From NCBI GenBank assembly GCA_965203515.1, contig OZ241907.1, forward strand, positions 4,032,001-4,096,000: a DNA stretch of 64,000 nucleotides, in the 5' to 3' direction. Below, one piece after another: positions 57,836 to 64,000 of this stretch. A program made the position numbers and the translations under genes. The DNA comes from Spirochaetia bacterium (GTDB lineage: Bacteria; Spirochaetota; Spirochaetia; SZUA-6; Bin103). The notes beneath the pieces are model-generated. The model saw only the letters and a list, made by a program, of their open reading frames with translations. It searched no databases and was not told where the DNA came from. Each line of letters opens with the position of its first letter. Position 1 is the first letter of the stretch.

Positions 57836-59326
57836 CTAGTCCGCCAGCTCCACCCGAAGCTGCTTGCCCGCCAGCGTCTGGCGCGCCCAATACAGGTTCT
57901 GGAATGGATCGTTGCCGGTCTCTGCCAGCTTGGCCGTGCCGGTCGCGGTGGTACCGCTGGCCGGCGCCGCGAAGGTCACGGCAGGGGCAACGAAGTAGCC
58001 GCGCCCCCCGTCCGTGACATCCACCGACGCTACGCCGTAGAGCACGACCGCGGTGCCGGCGGACGTGGTGCCGGCGCCCGGGGCCGCCGCAAAGGTCACG
58101 GCAGGGGCAGCGGTGTAGCCGCTCCCCCCGTCCGTGACATCGACCGACGCTACGCCGTAGAGCATGCTCGCGGTGCCGGCGGCCGTGGTGCCGCCGCTCG
58201 GCGCTGCCCCGAGGGCCACGGTGGGGGCTGACGTGTAGCCGCTCCCCCCGTTCGAGACCGTCACCGACGCTATGCCGGTTTGCAGTACCGCGGTGCCGTA
58301 TGCCTGAAAGCCGGAGCCGCCAAAATTCGGGGCCGAAAACGAAACGGTAGGGGCTGACGTGTAGCCGCTCCCGTGGTTCGTGATCGTCACTGCGTGTACT
58401 TCGGTGCCTTGCCGAATTACGGTGCCGGTCGCCGTGGTGCCGCCGGAAGGCGCCGCGCCAAACGTCACGGATGGTTGTGTGGAATAAAAGCCCCCTCGGG
58501 CCGAAATATTCACTCGCGCTACGCCGCTTTGCCGCACCGCGGTGGCGACCGCACCGCTGCCGCCGCCTCCCGTAAACGTCACGGTAGGAACCGCCGTGTA
58601 GCCGCTCCCGGCGGTCGTAATCGTCACCGAATCGACGACGCCGGACCCTACCTCGGCGGCGCCGGTTGCCGTGGTGCCGCCGTCCGGCGGCGCCCCGAAC
58701 GTCACGGTTGGAGCCGTCGGGTAGCCGCTCCCGACGGTCGTGATCGTCACCGAATCGACTCTGCCGGACCGTGCCGCGGTGCCGGTCGCCGCGGCGCCGC
58801 CGGGCGGCGGCGCCCCGAACGTCACGGTCGGGGCCGCCGTGTAGCCGCTTCCCGGGTTCGTGATCATGACGGATTCGACGAAGCCCAGGTTTTCCCTCTG
58901 ATCCTTGGCGGCGAGCACCAGCACCAGTGCGCCCGCCCGGACCTCGGCGGAAACCGTCCACTCCGCGCCGGAGAGATCGGACGCGAAGACCGGCTTGGCG
59001 CTCGTGTTGGTGAACGGCAGCTCGTGCCCGCCAATCGAAACCGTAACGCGCGCCTCGCCGCCGGTGAGCCGCTCCCAGGCATACGGCGCGGAACGGCTGG
59101 ACGCGTCGCCCGTCAGGTCCGGTTCATCATCACCAAAGTCAGCCGCGCCGATCGTCCAGCGCTGCTCTACCGGAGCTGCCGGCTGCGGCGTTGGCGGCGG
59201 CTCGCTCGGCGGCTCCCCTTGGGCCGGGGCGGCGGGCGCGGCGGCCGGCCGCGCCGCCTGGGAACAGGCCATCAGCGCGGCGATGCCTACGGCCAGCAAA
59301 GAGATACCAACGATGCTCTTACCCAA
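57836..59326 (-). CDS. Lipoprotein with eight GSGYT-type repeats (paralog of 27939)
   Basis: RBS ggagggg, TTG start, lipobox LMAC, shared N-domain and QNLYWARQTL C-terminus. Confidence 0.8.
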   Translation of the reverse strand: MGKSIVGISLLAVGIAALMACSQAARPAAAPAAPAQGEPPSEPPPTPQPAAPVEQRWTIGAADFGDDEPDLTGDASSRSAPYAWERLTGGEARVTVSIGGHELPFTNTSAKPVFASDLSGAEWTVSAEVRAGALVLVLAAKDQRENLGFVESVMITNPGSGYTAAPTVTFGAPPPGGAAATGTAARSGRVDSVTITTVGSGYPTAPTVTFGAPPDGGTTATGAAEVGSGVVDSVTITTAGSGYTAVPTVTFTGGGGSGAVATAVRQSGVARVNISARGGFYSTQPSVTFGAAPSGGTTATGTVIRQGTEVHAVTITNHGSGYTSAPTVSFSAPNFGGSGFQAYGTAVLQTGIASVTVSNGGSGYTSAPTVALGAAPSGGTTAAGTASMLYGVASVDVTDGGSGYTAAPAVTFAAAPGAGTTSAGTAVVLYGVASVDVTDGGRGYFVAPAVTFAAPASGTTATGTAKLAETGNDPFQNLYWARQTLAGKQLRVELAD

Positions 59327-59479
59327 GATTCCCCTCCGGCGGCGTGTCCGCCCCGTCGATCAGTCGATTCACGCCGGCCGCTGCCGGCGGCGGTCGGCCG
59401 ACGTGCCGGACCGCGGGCATGGTAGCACGCGCTCCCAACGCCTGACGACCCCGCCCCCATCATCCAATCCAGCATCATC

Positions 59480-59563
59480 CGGCGCGGCGTCACGGAGTGT
59501 GGTCACCAAGCCGAGGTCGGCGCGCGCCATCGCTTCCGCGGAGATGTTCGACGTGGTCGTCAT
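59480..59563 (-). pseudogene. Internally deleted VapB-like antitoxin remnant
   Basis: MTTTSNISAEAMAR|ADLGLVTTLRDA corresponds to the two ends of the 62975-63198 gene; upstream region also duplicated. Confidence 0.65.
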
Positions 59564-59789
59564 GGATCGATGGTACCGGATGACGAACGGAGGATGCCAC
59601 TTGCCGTTGCTCCGCCGATCGGGCGGCGTGAGCGCCGCCGGCAGGAGTCGCCTGCTATGGGCGCGGCGAACGGGTAGTTCTCGGTCATGCCCTGGTGGAG
59701 CTGGCCGCGCCGCTGGCCGCGCTGGCCCGATTCCGCGAGAGCTTCGACGTAGCCGACCGCGATGGCACCGCGGCCGGCACCGCGGTGCT

Positions 59790-60008
59790 GCAGGTCAGGG
59801 TCCGGTCAGTGACTCAGTGACGATCACGAACCCGGGACGCGGCTACCCGTCGGCCCCGACCGTGACCTTTTCGGCGCCGGCCAGCGGGACCACCGCTACC
59901 GGCACCGCGAAGCTGGCGTCGGGCGGCTTCGATCAGTACCAGAACCTGTATCGGGCGCGCCGAACGCTGAACGGCAAGCTGCTTCGGGTTCAGGTAGTGG
60001 AAGAGTGA
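59790..60008 (+). pseudogene. Orphan 3' end of a GSGYT-repeat lipoprotein
   Basis: SVTITNPGRGYPSAPTVTF..DQYQNLYRARRTLNGKLLRVQV*. Confidence 0.75.
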
Positions 60009-60026
60009 GCATCCACTGCTCTGCGT

Positions 60027-62009
60027 TTATCGCCGCAGTGACCGGGTCGCTCGTACTTTGGCCAATTCCCGGACGAACCGGGATTCGTCCGGCAACAACT
60101 CGATCGCCTTGCGATAGGCGGCTTCGACGTCGCCAGCCGGCAGCCGCAGCCAGTTGCAGGCGCGCGCGAGCTCGCGCCACGCCCAGGCATGGCGGGCGGG
60201 AGAAGCATCGAGCTGGATCACGCGCTCCAGGAGCGTCCGGGCCTCGGCAAGCAATCTTCGATTCGAGTCACGGCGCCGGTAGCGGTGAGCCTCTACCGCC
60301 AACCACAGTTTGGTCTGCGCGAATTCGAGCAGCGCTCGAGCGTCGGCATAGACCGCTTCTCCGGCGCGTTGGAAGTAACTGTGGGCGCCTCGCTCGTCCC
60401 TGGCGCGGCGTGCCAGAATAGCGGCGTCGATAGCGTCCTTGCCGGAAAGCAACGGGCGGCTCCGCATGAGCATGCGGCGCGCCTTTTCTCCCTCCCCCAT
60501 GTCCACTAACGCCTCGATCATCCTGTTTTCGACGTACGGGACCGCGGTCTCCACTCCCTCGCTCTTGAAGTCGTCCAGGATTCCTTCGGCGCGGGCGAGG
60601 TCGCCGAGCGCCGCGTACGCGCCGATCAACTCCGCGGCGAGGAGCCCGGAACCGCGGTGATACTCCCACGCGGACTCGACGCGGCGCAGGGCTTCGGCCT
60701 GCTCGCCCAGCGCCCGCAGGTGCGCCGCGTCCCGCAGCGCGGACAGGGCGCCGTATTCCGGGTGGGCCGGCAGCGTGGCCTGAAACCAGGTGCGCTGCTC
60801 GTCGAACTCGAAGCGCGGCACCGGCGAACCATTGGCTTCCATCGTCTGGAACACCTTCGGCAACCCTGAGAGGCGTCCCTCCGCCAGCTTCAGTTCCTTC
60901 AGAAACTCCCCGATTCGCCGGTTGCGGGCCGGCGCCGCGCGCGCCTCGGCATTCGGCAGCAGATGACGTGCCTCGATTCCGGGAACCGGTCCGGGGTAGC
61001 TGATCATCTCGATACGGCTCGGAAACAGATAGACCTTGGTGGGATCGGGCTGGTCGACGTCGTAGCCGCGGTGATACACCGCGTTGACGAGCGTCTCGCG
61101 CAGCGCCCGCATCGGATAGCTCACCCAGCCGCGCACCTGGCTCCGATGCGGTTGCTTCTGCAGGTGGACGGTGGACAGGTTTTCGAGGTAGTTCAGACAG
61201 TCACGAAGCTGGTCTACGAGGCCGCCTTCGAAGATGCGCTCTTCCTGAACGTCTCCGCCGCGGTCCGCGGCAAACTGCACCACTTCGATCCGGGCGCCGC
61301 GAAACCACCGTGTCGGGCGGCTCGAGAAGAACAACAACGCCGCGTTCCGGGGCACCTCATGATCGTTGACTTTCATCGTGAGGCGCAGGCGCCGGTAGAG
61401 GTCGCGCTCGTCGGTCTCATCGGGGATCCCACTCCGGACGTCGCGCAGATACTCGCGGACCTTCGCTTCGCGCACGTCTTCGACCCGCGCGTCATGAGCA
61501 CGGCGATCGTCCCACGGCACCCGCGCGGTCTGCTGCAGAAGCGCGGGCAGCAGGTTGCCGCGGCGCTCGGCGTCGACGGTCTCGGAGCCGAGGCGGACCC
61601 AGTAGCGCGCTGCGCCCTTGCCGCCGGGTGCGCGGTGCGGCTTGGTGTCGCTTGCCGGCGCCCAGACCACCAGGATGAGCCGACCCTCGACCGATTCCGG
61701 CGACAGGATGGGGAAGTACGGCGGATCGATCCGATTGCAGTTGCCGCGAATCCATTGCTGCGCGGCCTCGACTTCTTCGGCGGACAGGCCGGCCGGCGGC
61801 AGCGCTGCCCGTCCGTCCCGCTCCGCAACCCCGATCACTAGGTAGCCGCCGTTCAGGTTGTGAAAGTCGTTCGCGAACGCGCCGATCGTGCGCAGCACCT
61901 GCGGGCCGGTCGCGGCCGGGTCCCACGACGCCTTGAACTCCACTCGTTCGGACTCCACGCTACGGCAGTAGAGGAGATCGTCAAGGTTGACGGGGAGCAT
62001 CGTGCTCAT
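60027..62009 (-). CDS. AlbA_2 (Schlafen-like) + HATPase_c_4 (RecG-C-like) + TPR-like protein
   Basis: ESERVEFK..AFAN...GGYLVIGV, YP..ALRE.LVNAVYHRGY, RNRRIGEFLKEL.L.EGR.SG. Confidence 0.82.
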   Translation of the reverse strand: MSTMLPVNLDDLLYCRSVESERVEFKASWDPAATGPQVLRTIGAFANDFHNLNGGYLVIGVAERDGRAALPPAGLSAEEVEAAQQWIRGNCNRIDPPYFPILSPESVEGRLILVVWAPASDTKPHRAPGGKGAARYWVRLGSETVDAERRGNLLPALLQQTARVPWDDRRAHDARVEDVREAKVREYLRDVRSGIPDETDERDLYRRLRLTMKVNDHEVPRNAALLFFSSRPTRWFRGARIEVVQFAADRGGDVQEERIFEGGLVDQLRDCLNYLENLSTVHLQKQPHRSQVRGWVSYPMRALRETLVNAVYHRGYDVDQPDPTKVYLFPSRIEMISYPGPVPGIEARHLLPNAEARAAPARNRRIGEFLKELKLAEGRLSGLPKVFQTMEANGSPVPRFEFDEQRTWFQATLPAHPEYGALSALRDAAHLRALGEQAEALRRVESAWEYHRGSGLLAAELIGAYAALGDLARAEGILDDFKSEGVETAVPYVENRMIEALVDMGEGEKARRMLMRSRPLLSGKDAIDAAILARRARDERGAHSYFQRAGEAVYADARALLEFAQTKLWLAVEAHRYRRRDSNRRLLAEARTLLERVIQLDASPARHAWAWRELARACNWLRLPAGDVEAAYRKAIELLPDESRFVRELAKVRATRSLRR

Positions 62010-62154
62010 GGATACGTGCGCGCCATTCTACCGCAATCGGCCCATAGCGGCTTTACGCCGGCGCGTGGCGCACGGACCGGCGCAATGGTTTCCCGGTGCG
62101 AAGCCGGCCGGCGATCGCTTGCCACGCCGGGGCGCCGCCCTACCCTGCGTCACC

Positions 62155-62289
62155 ATGGCACCCGCACCGGATACCGGCGCCGCAGGCGCAATCGAGCTGT
62201 CCGACCGGCAGCTCGCCGATTACCGCAGCGACGGCTTCGTCGTGGTCGAGGACTTGGTCTCGGCGGCGGAATTGCGCGCCCTGCAGCAG
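62155..62289 (+). pseudogene. 5' fragment of a phytanoyl-CoA dioxygenase (PhyH)-family gene
   Basis: LSDRQLADYRSDGFVVVEDLVSAAEL is a typical PhyH N-terminus; homology stops at LQQ. Confidence 0.6.
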
Positions 62290-62700
62290 GTGTTGGGAGC
62301 CGCAGCGGCGCCCGCTGGTGCGGTCCACGTAGCGGCAGCGGCCTCGGTCGCGCCGCCAGACCTCGCGCTTGACCGCCGCCGGGATGTCGCGGCCGGTCAG
62401 CCCGTCTTCGCTGCCGAAGTCCGGGTCCGCGGCGGCGTAGCCGGCTGCGCGCACGCCGCAGCCTGCCGACCGAGGCGCCGCGTCTTCGCCGCCGAAGTTG
62501 CGTCGCCCCGCCGGCTTCGCTGCCGAAGTGTCCGGGCGGTCAGCGGCTTCGTCTCCGGGCTGCGCCGGCGCCTGAGCCGAACTTTCGCCGCCGAAGGAGC
62601 GGCGCTGTCCGCGCTGGCCTTCTGCTTCGCTGCGAAGCGGCGCCGCGAGCCGAGGCCGCCTGCGTCTTCGCCGCCGAAGTTTGCTCGGCGGCGCCGCACC
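62281..62700 (-). pseudogene. HNH endonuclease gene fragment with palindromic SAAK-coding repeats
   Basis: RDIPAAVKREVWRRDRGRCRYVD..SGRRCGSQHLLQ, truncated before the DH motif. Confidence 0.6.
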
Positions 62701-62727
62701 GCGGCCGGTCAGTCCCGGATTCGGCCG

Positions 62728-62991
62728 CTACGCGACCAGAGCGACGACCGGTGCCAACACGGTGCCGGCGAGCGACCGTTGCAGGCGCCCGTCGAACGTT
62801 GCCAAGCGGCCGCCGCGCCGCGAAGCCAGCGCCGCCAGATGGAAATCGGCGACCTGTCGGTGGCCGTGCAGGCGAGATGCCGCTGCAGCATCCAAGCCGT
62901 TCCGCAGCGAAACATCGTCCGGCCAGAACGTGTGGCCGCCCGAACTACAGAACCGTACCAGCCGTTCGACCACTTCACGAATCGGCGTCAC
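62728..62991 (-). pseudogene. vapC: C-terminal half of a PIN-domain VapC toxin
   Basis: HTFWPDDVSL..GHRQVAD.HL.ALA...GGRLATFD; N-terminal acidic motif missing. Confidence 0.7.
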
Positions 62992-63198
62992 GGAGCGAGT
63001 TCACCAAGCCGAGGTCGGCGGCTTCACCGTCGCGGGAGGGAAACAGCGGCACTCCGTTCCGTACCGGCGGCGCTTCTTCCGGCTGCCGCGCCGTCAGTAT
63101 CAGCTCGGAGGCGATCTCGCCGAGCGTGCCACCGCGCGTAGCGCGAGTTGGCGCACGCGCGCCATCGCTTCCGCGGAGATGTTCAACGTGGTCGTCAC
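62975..63198 (-). pseudogene. vapB: Frameshifted VapB/CopG-like antitoxin
   Basis: MTTTLNISAEAMARVRQLA, a 1-nt shift, then RGGTLGEIASELI...VRNGVPLFP...LVNSLRDADS*. Confidence 0.65.
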
Positions 63199-63305
63199 GG
63201 AGGATGCCACTTGCCGTTGCTCCGCCGGTCGGGCGGCGTGAGCTCCGCCGGCAGGAGTCGCCTGCTACTCAGGCTGGTGGAAGCTCCCGGTCAGCAGCCG
63301 CTGTC

Positions 63306-64000
63306 CTAGTCCGCCAGCTCGACCAGAAGCTGCTTGCCGGCCAGCGTCTGGCGCGCCCAATACAGGTTCTGGTATTGATCGTAGCCGCCCTCCGCCAGCT
63401 TGGCCGTGCCGGTCGCACGGGTGCCGCTGGCCGGCGCCGCAAAGGTCACGGTCGGGGCAGCGGTGTAACCGCTCCCACCGTTGGTGACCGTCACCGAGGT
63501 TACGCCGGTTCGCAGCACCGCGGTGCCGGCGGCCGTGGTGCCGCCACTCGGCGCCGCCGCGAAGGTCACGGTTGGGGCGGAGGCGTAGCCGCTTCCTCCG
63601 TTCGTGACGGTCACCGACGCTACGCCGTAGCGCATGTCCGCGGTACCGGCGGCCGTGGCGCCGCCGCTCGGCGCTGCCGCGAAGGTCACGGTCGGGGGCG
63701 AGGTGTAGCCGCTCCCGCCGTTCGTGACGGTCACCGACGCTACGCCGTAGCGCAGCGCCGCGGTGCCGGTTGCGGTGGTGCCGCCGCCCGGCGCTGCTCC
63801 GAAGGTCACGGTCGGGACGGAGGTGTAGCCGCTCCCCCGGTTCGTGACCGTCACCGACGCCACGCCGCTTTGCAGCACCGCGGTTCCGGTCGCCGTGAAC
63901 CGCGTGACCGTCGCGGCCGAAAACGTCACGGAAGGGGCGGCCGTGTAGCCGCTCCCCGGGGTCATGATCGTCACGGCCTCTATTCTGGTTCTTCCCAGAG
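63306..64000 (-). CDS. GSGYT-repeat protein, 3' part (runs off the right edge)
   Basis: Five GSGY repeats and DQYQNLYWARQTLAGKQLLVELAD*; frame open to the window end. Confidence 0.8.
   Translation of the reverse strand, partial: LGRTRIEAVTIMTPGSGYTAAPSVTFSAATVTRFTATGTAVLQSGVASVTVTNRGSGYTSVPTVTFGAAPGGGTTATGTAALRYGVASVTVTNGGSGYTSPPTVTFAAAPSGGATAAGTADMRYGVASVTVTNGGSGYASAPTVTFAAAPSGGTTAAGTAVLRTGVTSVTVTNGGSGYTAAPTVTFAAPASGTRATGTAKLAEGGYDQYQNLYWARQTLAGKQLLVELAD

Noticed and set aside
62406..62679. Mini-CRISPR from palindromic repeats with unique spacers
   Set aside because: Repeats are only ~14 bp and start-to-start spacing is irregular (31-78 bp)
58905..63141. ORFs 58905-60008 and 61987-63141 as real genes
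   Set aside because: Chance read-through of unrelated fragments (antisense lipoprotein, vapB, GSGYT tail; PhyH stub, antisense HNH and vapC)
57836..64000. Prophage tail or baseplate region suggested by GSGYT repeats
   Set aside because: The complete copies have lipoprotein signal peptides, and no capsid, terminase, portal or integrase genes are visible

Overview
A very GC-rich bacterial window with no rRNA, tRNA or CRISPR array. About 53 kb (1-53.5 kb) is a co-oriented mosaic array of three interleaved paralog families: (i) seven intact AAA-ATPase-like + C-terminal PD-(D/E)XK nuclease genes plus remnants, (ii) six exported arylsulfotransferase (ASST)-like proteins, and (iii) seven GT-C-fold (ArnT/PMT-like) membrane glycosyltransferases. 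Every ASST and GT-C gene ends in the same ~100-aa two-Cys module, which I do not recognise. Eleven junctions carry the same palindrome (ATGATAGCCG-N9-CGGCTATCAT, i.e. ATGATA-N17-TATCAT). The paralogs are block-recombinant, several copies have collapsed into microhomology-joined remnants, two ASSTs have captured the AAA gene's start as their signal peptide, and two GT-C genes sit behind an 8-bp repeat of different copy number. In or next to the array are a GT2 polyprenol-phosphate glycosyltransferase, an O-antigen-ligase-like gene, an inverted pair of Calx-beta lipoprotein genes, GSGYT-repeat lipoproteins, two Uma2 nucleases, a B12 radical SAM enzyme, a GT39-like gene, a fucosyltransferase-like gene, an AlbA_2/HATPase/TPR gene and decayed vapBC, HNH and PhyH fragments. 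My inference is a recombination-diversified locus for surface glycosylation and sulfation. All family calls come from motif recognition by eye, not database searches, and assembly chimerism among near-identical repeats cannot be excluded.
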